A stretch of 64,000 nucleotides of DNA, taken from Octopus vulgaris (lineage: Eukaryota). This document shows positions 50,906 to 64,000 of this stretch, piece after piece. Position numbers and translations under genes: made by a program. Under the pieces are notes generated by a model, which was not told the DNA's origin, did not search any database, and was given only the letters and a program-made list of their open reading frames with translations. Where the stretch lies: NCBI GenBank assembly GCA_951406725.2, contig OX597814.1:142042001-142106000 (forward strand). The letters run 5' to 3'. Numbering within the stretch: position 1 is the stretch's first letter; each line of letters opens with the position of its first letter.

Positions 50906-53900
50906 AAAATATTAACTGATTATGATTTATTTACTACCCCTTAAGCATATGTCTTGTCATATTCTTGTAGTCTTGGGATAACTGAACCCTTGAGGCCTGG
51001 ATGTGTGGTTAAGAAGTTTGCTTTCAAACCACATAGTTTCAGGTTCAGTCCCACTGAGTGGTATCTTGGGTGTGTGTATTGTATAGCTCTGACCCAACCA
51101 AAATCTTGTGAGTGGATTCGGAAGATAGAAACTGAAAGATGCCCATTTCATTGACTTATGTATACATAGACATACATGCCTTTGATATTTTACTTGTTTC
51201 AGTCACAAGACTGTGGCTATACCGGGGCACTGCATTGAAGAACTTTTTGTTGAACAACTTGATCCCAGGACTTAGCAGTTCAGCAAAAGAGACCGATAGA
51301 ATAAGTACTAGGCTTATGAATAATAAGTCCTAGGGTTGGTTTCTTTGACTAAAGGCAGTGCTAGGCATGCCTGCAGTCAGATGACTGAAAGAAATAAAAG
51401 AATAAAAGAATACACACACACACACACTAGGCTTCTTTCATTTTCTGTCTAACATGTTCACTCAACATGGCATTGGTTGGACTGGGTGCAAAAGTAGAAG
51501 ACACTTGCCCAAGGTGCCATGCAGTGGAGCAGAATCCAAACTACATGGTTAATAAACAAGCTCCTTAACTACAAAACAATGCCTGCAAATAATTAAAAGA
51601 TAATTAAATATCTGAGATCATGGAAACAGTTTGCATCATCTTCAGTCTGTGTTTCATAATTTCCCCCCAATCCATTTGAATACAGAGTGTCTTTTATGTA
51701 AGTTCTTCATAGAAGACATTTTATTAAAAACGTACTTTGGAAAGTACAGATATTTATAGAGTACCATGTGTTCATGTCCCTTTTTTTTTTCTAGATTCAT
51801 TTAAAGAGGAAGAATGACATTAGTCAAAGGTATTTTATCAGGGTCTCTTGAAACTTGTGGGCGAAAAATCAAGGAGGAAGGAAACCCTCCAAAAAAATCA
51901 TAGAATTTTACACAATGTTGAGTGATGATAAGCTGACTGGGACTGAATGACATGATCTGAATTTTTACAAGAATGGATTCCAAGTGTGGATTCTGCTTTA
52001 AATACATCCTGGGTTGGATTCTTAACATCTCTGGGATTACTCAAAATTGCAAACTGGTGACAGGCATGGTTGTGTGGCTAAGGAGCTTGGTTTCAGATCT
52101 TGTTACACTGTATGGCACCTTGTCTTTTATAACCCTGAGCCAGCCAAAGCCTTGAATAGATTTGTTAGATGGAAACTGAAAGAAACCTGTTGTGTGTGTG
52201 TGTGTGTGTAGCCAATTCAATGAACAATTAAAAAATGAATAAAAAATAGAGAAAAAACAAAAAAATGAACATGAGGATGTGCACAAGAATTATATTAGTT
52301 TGATGTTTGGTAAAAGGGGAGAATTTTTAACATTCCAAGCATGGCTCTTTGTGGGAAAGGAGAAATGAAAAAGTCCAAAGAAGAAGGAAAAAGGAAAATC
52401 GTTAATGGTCCATATGTGGTTACATTTCTGAAGATAAATATATATCGTCATCATCATCATCATCATTTTTTAACATCCGTTTTCCATGCTGGCATGGGTT
52501 GGACAGGCTGACTTGGGGACTGGCAAGCCAGTAGGCCACACCAATCTGATCTGGTAAGGTTTCTACAGCTGGATGCCCTTCCTAGTGCCAACCACTCTGA
52601 GAGTGTAGTGGGTCCTTTTTATGTGTCACTGGCATAGGGGACAGTTAGGCAGCACTGGTGTCAACCATCTTTGGATGGTGCTTTTTATATGCCACTGGCA
52701 CAAGAGCCAGTTGAGGGAGGGGGTACTTACAGATATATATATGTTTGTTTTTATGTTTAATCATAATACAAACAAGTTTACTTTAATCTGATGGGTTACT
52801 CTATACTTCTGTAAAGTACAATGATATTCTTAAACAAGAATATTATTGACAGTAAGTTTGAAGTTTCGGCTAGTTAAGCCATCATCTTCAAAGTCACTGT
52901 TTGTCTATAATATATAAATATTTTGCTTAGGCATAGTAATACTAATAACTTGGTGTAAGGTGTGTGTGGGGTGGGTGTCCTTGTCTCGACACCATGAGAT
53001 TCTTGTAAATGAATGTCACCTTCATACAAGCAGTGTCTTCAATTTCCAAAACATCAGTAAAAACATGTCCAGCTGTTGGAAAATATTTCTTTATTAAGAA
53101 AACAGCCAAGAATTGGCAACAGGAATTGCATCCAGCTGCAGAAAATCTGCCTCAATAAATTCAATCACACCCATGCAAGCATGAAAATGTGGATGTTAAA
53201 ATGATGATGATGATGATGATGATGACAATAATGGTGATGACAGCATTGGAAAGATATTCTTGGCAAAGTGAAGTTTAAGAAACACGCTGAAGCAAGACAA
53301 TTGTATAAAAGATGCATTGAAGCAAGAAAACAACAAAGTGAAGTTTAAAAAGTCCATTGAAGCAAGACCAGTTTTATTGTTGTACAAATCTGAGTAATTT
53401 CTCACACTGGACTGAGAGCAGATACTTGTAACAAAGGGACACGGTTGATTAAATCACCCACCACCACCATCAGAGAAATGACTGACCGAATTGATCTTAT
53501 AGGATTTCAATTCAGAACAACATAGTCATCATTGATTTTATGTGCTCTCTTCTGTGTTGACATGGGCTGAACAAGAATCCTTGAGAAAATGGTTTACAGA
53601 TGGAAGCCTTCCTGATTCCAGACCCTTTTAGTGAGCATTAATGACATGCAGGAATACAGTGTACCAATTCTAAAAACTAGGGTACACGCAGTAACTTGAA
53701 TATTTTAAGACATTTCTGCTGATATTCTACACTTTCGTTCATTCTTTCACCAAATAAAACATGATGATGATAATGATAATGGGAACAGAGAGTAAAAATC
53801 TTGAGAAGTACATTGAACAAATAGGGGCTACGATAAGGATGGAGCATTGGCAGAAAATAACAACAGCAACAACGGTTTCAAATCTTGCCACAAGGGCAGC

Positions 53901-55269
53901 AATTTTGTAGGCGGGGACGAGTCAGTTATATCAATCTGTGTTCAACTGGTTACATTTTTTTATCAACCCTGAAAGGATGTAAGATAAAGTAAACCTCGGC
54001 GGAATTTGAACTCAGAACATAGCGATAGGTGAAATACCACTAAGCATTTCATCCAGCACACTAATGATTCTGCCAGCTCACTGCCTTAATAATAATAATA
54101 ATAATGATTGTTTCTACTACAGGCACAATGCCTGACACAGTGTAAAGAGGCTGGACATGTAAATTACAGAGATAATCCATGTGGTGGACTTCCACATAGT
54201 TTCTGTCTGTCCAGTTTTCACTCACAAGTCTTGGCTTGACTTGAGGCTTGATATAGCAATTCCACTGCCATGCAATGGAATTGAACCAGTAATTTTATTA
54301 TTGCAATGTAAACGTTTTAACCATTGATACATTCACTTGGGTTGTAAACAAAATCATTTGCCAATTTAGCACCACCACATCCTAGGAGCCTTTAGCAGAG
54401 TCCACTTTTTTGCAGGGTTTCAGATGAGTTTTCCAATCTAGAGTCCTCTCAATATCTTGCTGTGCTGCTTCAGATTGCAGCAACTCAGGAATATAAGTTC
54501 CTTTTTCTTTTCTTCCTTCTATATGTCTCCAAGGCTGTGAAAAGGATATCAGCACCACCTATTCTTCTCTAGTTAAAACACAAACATTTGTTTTCTATTT
54601 TTTTAAAGAACCACTCAAATTCCACTCAAAGTTTAATATAGCTGAATGGTAAATGACAGAAAATGCCTTTGGCTGCAAAAACATAAACAATTTTTGCAAC
54701 AGTATTAAAATATACAAATTTATTTTAAAAAATCAATCCTCATGCAAGCTAACATAATTAACACATGTTTGCAATTGCAAATACATAAATACGCATTAGA
54801 AGGCTTCAGGACGGATTTTTGTAATTGATTTTCAAATAGGGAATATGTGTTGCATTTGAGTATTGAAATGGGCTGTCATATTTCAATAATGTTCCTGGTC
54901 TGTCACATCATATTTCGTAGATTTCTACATTTTCATCTGTTGCAGTGACGCTCTGTGAAAGTGATTTCTAAAGTGTTCAGTCAACTTTTATTTTAACGTA
55001 CTGTATTTCATATGGGTTTAGTTAATTGATTCCTGATAGAAGCTTCAGGAGACATCAGCTTGGACATGCACACTAATATGTATGTATGTATATCTGTGCC
55101 TGTATGTGAGTGGACATGAGTAGATGTGTGTGCACATACATATGTAAGACATTATGTATATACCCATGTATGTAAGTGTGCATGTATGTTCATGTTTTAT
55201 GTATGTAAGTGTGCATGTATGTTCATGCTTTATGTATGTATGTGTGTGTATTATATATACTTGCATACA

Positions 55270-56054
55270 TATACATACATACATATATATACATACATAC
55301 CTATTTTATATATGCATATATGTATACATACATATATATATATATATACATACATACCTATTTTATATATGCATATATGTATACATACATATATATATAT
55401 ATATACATACATACCTATTTTATATATGCATATATGTATACATACATATATATATATACATACATACCTATTTTATATATGCATATATGTATACATACAT
55501 ATATATATATACATACATACCTATTTTATATATGCATATATGTATACATACATATATATATATACATACATACCTATTTTATATATGCATATATGTATAC
55601 ATACATATATATATATATACATACATACCTATTTTATATATGCATATATGTATACATACATATATATATATACATACATATATATATATACATATATGTA
55701 TACATACATATATATATATACATACATATATATATATACATATATGTATACATACATATATATATATACATACATATATGTATACATACATATATGTATA
55801 CATACATATATATATACATACATATATGTATACATACATATATATATACATACATATATATATATACATACATATATATATATATACATACATATATATA
55901 TATACATATATATATATATACATATATGTATACATACATATATATATATATACATATATATATATACATACATATATATATATACATATATGTATATACA
56001 TACATATATATATATACATAATATATATATATACATACATATATATATACATAC

Positions 56055-56085
<31 letters not shown>

Positions 56086-56194
56086 CATACATATATATAT
56101 ATATATACATATATATGTACATACATATATATATACATACATACATATATATATACATACATATATATATATATACATATATATATATACATAC

Positions 56195-56237
<43 letters not shown>

Positions 56238-56340
56238 CATACATACATATATATACATATATATATATACATACATACATGCGGTGCATCAGCATGGCCG
56301 CAGCTCTGAGCTGAAACTAAAAAGAAAACAAAAAAAAAAA

Positions 56341-56375
<35 letters not shown>

Positions 56376-56512
56376 CATACATACATATACATATATATAT
56401 ATATATACATACATATATATACATATACATACATATATATACATATCTATATATATATATACACACACACATACATATATAAATACATACATACATGCAT
56501 AAATACATACAT

Positions 56513-56558
<46 letters not shown>

Positions 56559-56560
56559 GA
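55270..56560. repeat. ~56-60-bp minisatellite grading into a (TA)n/(TACA)n microsatellite
   Basis: ACATACATACCTATTTTATATATGCATATATGTATACATACATATATA.. about 7 copies (55270-55680), followed by simple repeat. Confidence 0.95.
56281..56340 (+). mobile_element. Isolated LINE/SINE 3' terminus inside a microsatellite
   Basis: GCGGTGCATCAGCATGGCCG-CAGCTC-T-GAGCTG-AAAC followed by an A-rich tail. Confidence 0.75.
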
Positions 56561-56851
56561 GCATACATATACATATTTCATATACATCATGGATATATAC
56601 ATGTGTATGTGCTTGTGTATAATACTGTGTGTGTAGATGCAAAACAAGGTGGAGAGAATAGCATTTGAATACCAAAGGTAGAGCAAATATACCGTTTTAT
56701 TGAAGCTGAAAAACTTCACAAACTATTACTCAATTTTTCTTGTCACTGATCATTAGAACAGAAATCTGTCTGATAATTTGTTACTTGAAGCAAGCAGTTT
56801 GTGAAGTTTTTCAGATTCAATACGCACTTATGTGTGTGTGTGTGTGTGTGT

Positions 56852-57135
56852 GTGTGAAATGGTGCATGACTCAGTGGTTAGAACGTCAAGCTCACAATCA
56901 TGTAGTAATGAGTTCAACTCCTGGACCGGGCTGTGCGTTGTGATATCACTTGTGCCAAGCTCTATCAGCCTTTGCCTTTCCTTTGCATAACATCTGTGGT
57001 GTGTAGAGGGTAGGCTGGTATGCATAGGTAAGTGCTGGTCTTCCATAAACAAATTGGTCTAGACATGTACCTCAGAGGGGAACTTTCTAGGTACAATCTC
57101 ATGATCATTCATGACCAAAGGGAGTCTTTACTCTT
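56852..57135 (+). mobile_element. SINE family D with internal deletion
   Basis: Head TGACTCAGTGGTTAGAACGTC..GAGTTCAACTCC. The tail matches the reverse complement of 26192-26370. Confidence 0.8.
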
Positions 57136-58409
57136 AATATATATATATATGGTTATATTTTTTTGATAACATAATAGGTTAGATAGGATGATGTCTATAT
57201 TACAATATTACAATAACCAATATGTTGTGCATTATAGTAATATTACGATCATGAAATTAGCATTAACTTATCTCACTCTTTCTTGTGGAACCTCTAGGAA
57301 CCTTTTGTGGAACCCCAGTTGAGAAATGCTGCTATATACTGTTTAATTACAAGGAAATGTTATTTGTTTTCATTTTTATAATATTGCATGATCAAACATT
57401 AATATTTAGCACTCATATTACTTAAATATCCTTGAAACGAAGTCAAAGATACAAAATAAAATGTTTTCTCAGATTATGCAAATGTACCACTGGTGGTGCA
57501 TACGGTGGTTTGTCTTGTCTCTCACACCTACCTACAATTTTATTTTGAAAATATACAATCATATCAAAAATCTCAACACTACAAGATAAAATGATTAGTT
57601 GCAAACAATGTGAATAAATATATATTTGACAGAATAAACTGAATGCTAAAGGATTGAACCACCGATGGTACATGAGGCAAGTTAACTCTCTAGGGAAGTC
57701 AATAAAGTCTCAAAATATGCTAGAAAAATGGCACAGATGTATCATAATGTTTTGCAACAGTGTAGTTAGAGAAAATAATAAAAGTGCCAAGGCCACCAGT
57801 ACAAGGCGCAAAACAATTTTGATTGTTTAATGTTTGTCAATGGCACACCTAATAGTGAACAAGCAAAAACATATAAGAAAATCTCCAATGGTGGTTCATT
57901 CAATGCTTTAGTTTGGCTATCATATTTACACATTTTTATGATACAATGCAAAGACTGGTAACTAAATCATTTTACAATATTTGAATACAAACCCAGTCTT
58001 AACCATAAACCCAACTGGATAACACTAATACACCATATTCAAAGAGTGCATATATCCCCACTATTCTTAGATCAGTTTTATACACATACATTCACTCCAT
58101 ACACACAAACGACAGGCTTATTTCAGTTTCTTTGCTTCCATCCACCAAATCTACTCACAAGGCTTTGACCTACCTGAGGCTAAAGTAGAAAACACTTACC
58201 TAAGGTGCTATGCAGTGGGACTGAACCAGAAACCACTTGGTTCAGAAGCAAACTCCTCAACCACTCAGACACACCTGCACTAGTTTATATTGGTTGCATC
58301 TAACCCATGGAGTTGCACCATTGTGGCCTTCTCTCTACCTCACACAAATAGCAAGAGAGATCATTGCTAATCTTTGGTGTACAAAGTGTGTATATATACA
58401 TTTATTAAT

Positions 58410-58712
58410 TTGTTTTGCTAGATTCCTGATGTGACATCATGTGTTGAAACAAATATTGTTGTATTCTGGGTTGGTCATTTTTTTTTCTTTGCTATATAAA
58501 CACACACACTATATATAATTTTTTTTCACTTGTTTATTACTGTTCCTATTTTTTTATTTTAACTCATGTCCATTGTCAAAAAATTTCTGGACAATGGTCA
58601 TAAATTAAAATAATTAAATAAAAACAGTAATAAACAAATGAAGAAAAAATATATTGTGTGTGTGTGTTTAGTTGGCAAAAAAAAACCATGATCATCCCAA
58701 AATAACAATATG
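58410..58712. mobile_element. Asymmetric foldback element, related in layout to 39200-39444
   Basis: ~130-bp arms around CCATTGTC..GACAATGG. Unpaired head TTGCTAGATTCCTGATGTGACATCATGTGTTGAAAC resembles TTGCAAGATTC..TTCATGTGTTGAAGC at ~39219. Confidence 0.65.
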
Positions 58713-59535
58713 TGTATATATATATATTTCCATTTATAATTTGTGTAAGTTTTACAATAGGTATACAATACAGAATGAAAAATTAAAAAAACTCCTCCCT
58801 GAATCACATAAACTCATCAGGCCAGTTTCCTGGATTCTGTACGGCATATATTCCCCACCTGGATGGGATGCCGATCCGTCGCAGGATTACTCATCTTTGC
58901 CAGCTGAGCAGACTGGAGGAACATGAAATGTAGTGTTTCGCTTAATGCACCACTCAGTCCAGGAATAAAAACCACAATTTTATGTGTCCAATCGCAACCT
59001 TACAATCATAAGTCCAACACCTTAATCACTAAGCTATGCACCTCCACTTTACACAATATACCTTTGTGTTGTAAAAGGTATTTAAATGAGTTGGTGCAAG
59101 GGAGTGGAATTTGACCATAATACATGATCTCAAAATGTCCGCTCCAACTCTAGTGAACATGAAACAATGGGCTTACAAACGATGATGATGATGATGATGT
59201 TGATTAAAAAATCTGATTGTATGTTTGAGAACCTGGTAGAATCTTGTATAGTTAACCCTTTGGTTACCATATACCTGCTAAAATACACTGCCTTTGTTTC
59301 AATTAATTTTGGAAGTAATCTTTAACCTTTTACTTGTTTCAGTCATTAGACTGTGGCCATGCCTTGCAAAAGTATTAGGTGAATGAAACAACCCCAGTAC
59401 TTAAATTTTTTGCTAAACTTCTTTTTCTGAACTGCTAAGTTACAGGGATGTAAACATACCAACACCAGTTCTCAAGAAGAGGTATGGGACAAACACAGAC
59501 ACAAAGACACACACACACACATATATATGTATGTA

Positions 59536-60325
59536 CACTCCTAAAAAATTTCAGTAAAATTGCCATTACTCTGATAATATCAAAAGAAATCAAACGAAAT
59601 TCATACTGAATAAAATATATTATACATACAAACATTATACAAATTTGGAACACAAAACAATAAACATTTTCAAAGATATGAACGAAATATTAATTTTCAA
59701 ACGATACAAAAATATGTACAACCTAATGGATTATTTGCTATATTCAATATTTGGTGCGACCAGCCTTGCTTCAATGACTGCATTAAGTCTTCTGGGCATA
59801 GAGTCGACTAAATTTCTACATTTAACTGATAAAATCGATCTCCATTCATCCTGAAGGATATCTTTCAATTGTGTTGCAGTACGGGATTTTTTGTTCTCAA
59901 CCTTCCTTTTCAAAACACTCCCCAGATGTTCTATTGGATTTAAATCAGGTGACATGGTAAGCCAAGGTAATACCTTTACCTCTTTATCTGATAAAAACTT
60001 AGTCATCGTCTTTGAATTGGGGTCATTATCATGTGGGAACATAGAGTGTCTTCCTAGTTCCTTGATGCTTTTCAACATTATTTTCTGCAATATGTCACAA
60101 TAAAGCCTTGAATTCATTGTTTTCTCATTAAATGCGAGTCCCCCCCACATCAGCTGCATTCATGCATCTCCAAAGCATGACACTTTTACCACCGTGTTTC
60201 ACAGTAGCCATAGTGCATTTGTTGCTGTTATCTTCACCTGGTCATTGCCATATTCGTTCAATACCATCTGATCCAAACAAGTTGATTTTAGTCTTGTCAG
60301 AAAAATGAATTTTATTCCAAAACTC
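59536..60325 (-). mobile_element. Tc1-family (DD34E-type) transposon, 3' half
   Basis: FWNKIHFSDKTKINLFGSDG, TVKHGG.SVMLW, HDNDP, SPDLNPIEH, LVDSMPRRLNAVIEA. TA + CACTCC.. end at 59534-59541. Confidence 0.9.
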
Positions 60326-61684
60326 CTAATAGGCAGGCAGACAGATAGATAGAAAGATATATATAGATATGTATATATAATGATGGGCTTCTTCCAGTCT
60401 CTGTCTACCAAATTAGTTCACAAGGCTTTGGCCAGCCCAAGGCTATAGTAGAAGACTCTTGCCCAAGGTGCCACGCAGTGGGACTGAACCCAGAACAATG
60501 TGGTTAAGGAGCAAGCTTCTTACCACACAGCCACACCTGGACCTGTAATGAAGAATTTAGTAAAATAATTTTTTTCATTATGAAGCTGCTGTTTGAAACA
60601 TGAATGAACATGAAATTTTGATCATAGTTCTACGATACAAACAGAAACTTTCAATCATAGAACTAGGGTTGGTCCTGTCCAGATTGATATCAAAAAGGGG
60701 TTTAAAATTACCTAAAAAAAAATACATAACAGAATAATAAACAAAATTAAGAAATATAAACTAAATAAATAAATGAAATTGTGAAAGATTTGCTGTCGGA
60801 TAAATACACTGGGAAATTTGATTATAAGAAGAGGCAACAAGGTGAGAGCAATGAAGAGATGGCTTAAGATACCCAAAGTGAAATCAATGAAAATGTCTGT
60901 AGTATTTATAGAATGGTCACTTACAAGAGAACAATTAAATTGTACTTTTGTAGATAATAGGCTATAGAAATCAATAGATCGTAGTCATTGTTGTTACTGT
61001 TTGTTAGTGATGTTGTTGTTATTGTTGGTCATATTGTTATGGTTGGTTTGTTTATTATGATGGTGGTGTTGGTGGCTGTAAAGTGTAGTGTGTTGAGTTG
61101 GAGTGATGGAATAGTGCTGTGGAGTAATAGAATGTGATAGTATTGCTAGTGGTACTGCAGGAAGATTTCTGCAGTGGTACAGTCAGGAGAGCTATGGTTT
61201 CATGTAAAGTGTCATAAACAACAACAAAACAACACATAGGTGCAGGGATGATTGTGTGATTAAGAAGCTCACTTTGCAACCGTATGGTTTTGGGTTCAAT
61301 CCCATTGTGCAGCACCTTGGGCAAGTGTCTTCTACTGTAGCTGAAGCTGCCTTGTGAGTGAATCTGGAATTGGATAGATGGAAACTGTGTGGAAGCTAAT
61401 CATGTGTGTGTGTGTATGTGTGTCCGTGTATATGTGTATGAGTTTGTATGTGTCTTTTTATCTGTGTTTGTCCCCACACCACCATTGCTTGACAACTGGC
61501 ATTAGTTTGTTTACATCCTCATAACTTAGCAGTTCGATAAAAGAAACCAATAGAACAAATACCAAACTTAAAAAATTAAGTCTTGGAGTCAATTTGTTCA
61601 ACTAAAACCTTTGAATATGACTGCGGTCCAGTGATCGAAACAAGTAAAATATGCGCAATATGGAAACACAATAATATCTATGAA

Positions 61685-62017
61685 AAGCCAGTCAAGGCAG
61701 CGCTGGCATCAGCAATATTCGAACGTGGCCAATGCCAGCGCCGCCTTGGCTGGCTCCCGTGCTGGTGGCACGTAAAAAGCACCAATCCGATCGTAGCCAT
61801 TGCCAGCCTCACCTGGCACCTGTGCTAGTGGCACGTAAAAAGCACCCACTACACTCACGGAGTGGTTAGTGTTAGGAAGGGCATCCAGCTGTAGAAACAC
61901 TGCCAGATCTGACTGGAGCCTGGTGCAGCCTTCTGGCTTCCTAGATCCCCGGTTGAACCATCCAACCCATGCCAGCATGCAGAACGGATGTTAAACGATG
62001 ATGATGATGATGATAAT
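61685..62017 (+). mobile_element. Young retroposon family C copy
   Basis: CpG-retaining GGCACGTAAAAAGCACC units, GGAAGGGCATCCAGCTGTAGAAAC and an (ATG)n tail. More than 15 related copies occur in the window. Confidence 0.88.
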
Positions 62018-63915
62018 GAAAACTAGAGGATTTTCCAGTATTTTGGACCATCACAAAACTGTTGCATCAAGGACTGGAACCACACATAGCCTAACCAATG
62101 TTTTGGTGTCATGATGTCTACCACTGTTCTGTTGCAATGAAATGCCATTTCGTGGTGAGTGACTGAAGAGAGGGACAAATTGGATTTGATTGATTTTCCT
62201 ATGATTATATTTGGCCAGCAAATACTGACTAGCTTTGAAATTCTTGTTACGAATATGTTGATGTGTGAAGCAGTGATAAGTCTCATCAAATGATCAGCCT
62301 ATTCATAAAGTAATTATTCATCATACGCAGAAGTTCGATGTAATTATATCATACTCAGAAGTGTAATATTATAGCCACCATTTACAATAGTGTGTTTTAA
62401 TTATACACTCACTGTATACAGCAGTGTGATGTCATCACATTATATGCACTAGTGTGATATAATATAATTATTCACCAGTCAGGCATAGGCGTGGGGTGTG
62501 TGGTAAGAAGTCTGCTTACTGACCACATGATTTTAGGTTCCGTCCCACTGTGTGGCATTTTGGACATTTTCTATTATAGCTTTGGGTAAACCAAAGTTTT
62601 ATGAGGGGATTTCGCTGATGGAAACTGAAAGAAGCCCATCATATGTGTGTAACTGTGTGTCTTTGTGGCTGTGTTTGTCCACCACCACTCAACAGCTGGT
62701 GTTGGTGTGTTTACGTCCCTGTAACTCAGTGGTTTGGCAAAAAAAAAATCTGGTAGAATAAGTACCAGGTTTAACAATCGCTTGACAATTGATGTTGGTG
62801 TGTTTACATCCCTGTAACTTAGCAGTTCAGTAAAAGATACTGATAGAATAAGTACTAGGCTTACAAAGAATAAGTCCTGGGGTTGATTTGTCCAACTAAA
62901 GAGAGTGCTCCAGCATGGCCATAGTCAAATGCTTGAAACAAATAAAAGAAAAATATAAAAGAATAACAGTTGTGTAAATGGGATACCCTCATATTATACA
63001 GCTGTGTGATGCAATTACATTACACACACCAATGTGATATAATTGCCACACACAAACCACACACACACACACACACACACATACACACATAGTTCAAATT
63101 TACAAAAAACAAAAGATGAAGAAAGGTGAGGGAAGAATAAGCAAGTGTATTAGTTTGACACTCAGGAAGAATGGAAAAGTCTTTGATGTTTCAAGACTAT
63201 GATGCTCTTTGGCAGAAAGGGTTGAAACAAAAAAAAAAAAAATGGAGAGAGAACGAAAAAATGTGTGGAGATTATATATATATATATATACCAGATGGGA
63301 CAAGAGCACAAAACATCTAGACAGCTAGGTGATGCAAAAATGGACAACAAAACATCCAGATAGACAATACAAAGAAAACAAGGACGGGTCATTTGAAGTT
63401 TTCTTTCCTCCATCAAGCACCAGATCATTCTCGCAATTTCAGCTGATAATTTTTAAGATTGCTCCATTCTGGGCAGCCCCAAGGAAAAACTAAGCTAAGA
63501 GCATTAGATTCCTTGGCCAAACGGTTGTCACATGGGAAGAGAAGAGAGAGAAATAGAAGCAGAGGAACAGAAGAATTAAGGAGGGGCAAGAAAAAATGAC
63601 AGGGACACAGTGAAGTGCAAAGTGGAGGGAAGTGAGTAAGAAGAGAAGGCAAAGAAATGTGAGGGGGGGAACGAAAGAATGAATATATATATATATACTT
63701 ACACACACACACACACACACACACTGTAAAAAAAGCCCCATTCAATGTTCAAAATGCGATGGAGGCATTTTTGGTGGAATCATTCTAACAATTTGAAATG
63801 TCTTTCATAATACATCTATGTTTCAGAAGAATACAACAGGGATGGTAAAACAAATAATTTGAAAAGAGCCAATTTTATGTTGTTATTGAATTCGCAAGTG
63901 TATTTCTGTGTCCAG

Positions 63916-64000
63916 ATTTCCATCATTTTGTACACAGCTTCCACGGTAGATGAAAGAATCAACAACCTCAAAAGATCAGAACTTAACTGCAGCTCTTGGT
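63916..64000 (+). CDS. Candidate exon running off the window
   Basis: Acceptor TATTTCTGTGTCCAG at 63901-63915. Either ISIILYTASTVDERINNLKRSELNCSSW.. or a stop followed by ATG at 63950 (MKESTTSKDQNLTAALG..) is open to the window end. Confidence 0.25.
   Translation, partial: MSIILYTASTVDERINNLKRSELNCSSW

Noticed and set aside
55045-56719. Long ORFs up to 458 aa rich in Y/I/H/T
   Set aside because: Translations of TA/CA microsatellite that lacks stop codons.

Overview
AT-rich, repeat-dense eukaryotic DNA, intronic or intergenic. The tRNA-headed SINE families, (TA)n/(CA)n microsatellites and MITEs look like those of a coleoid cephalopod (Octopus); this is inferred from the repeats only. No intact host gene is recognisable; a few weak exon candidates are flagged. 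Recognisable protein-coding content is all disabled transposons: a young 5'-truncated CR1-group LINE (4.1-6.65 kb), a Penelope-like element of probable Naiad type with an internal inversion (46.0-48.5 kb), RTE relics, and mariner and Tc1 relics. The most unusual signal is a set of type I hammerhead-ribozyme (HHR) motifs: six well-formed copies from four distinct sequence families, plus degenerate ones. They include a ~340-nt HHR-bearing monomer in tandem plus inverted arrangement (36.5-37.1 kb) resembling a non-LTR retrozyme. All calls were read by eye, and boundaries of old repeats are approximate.
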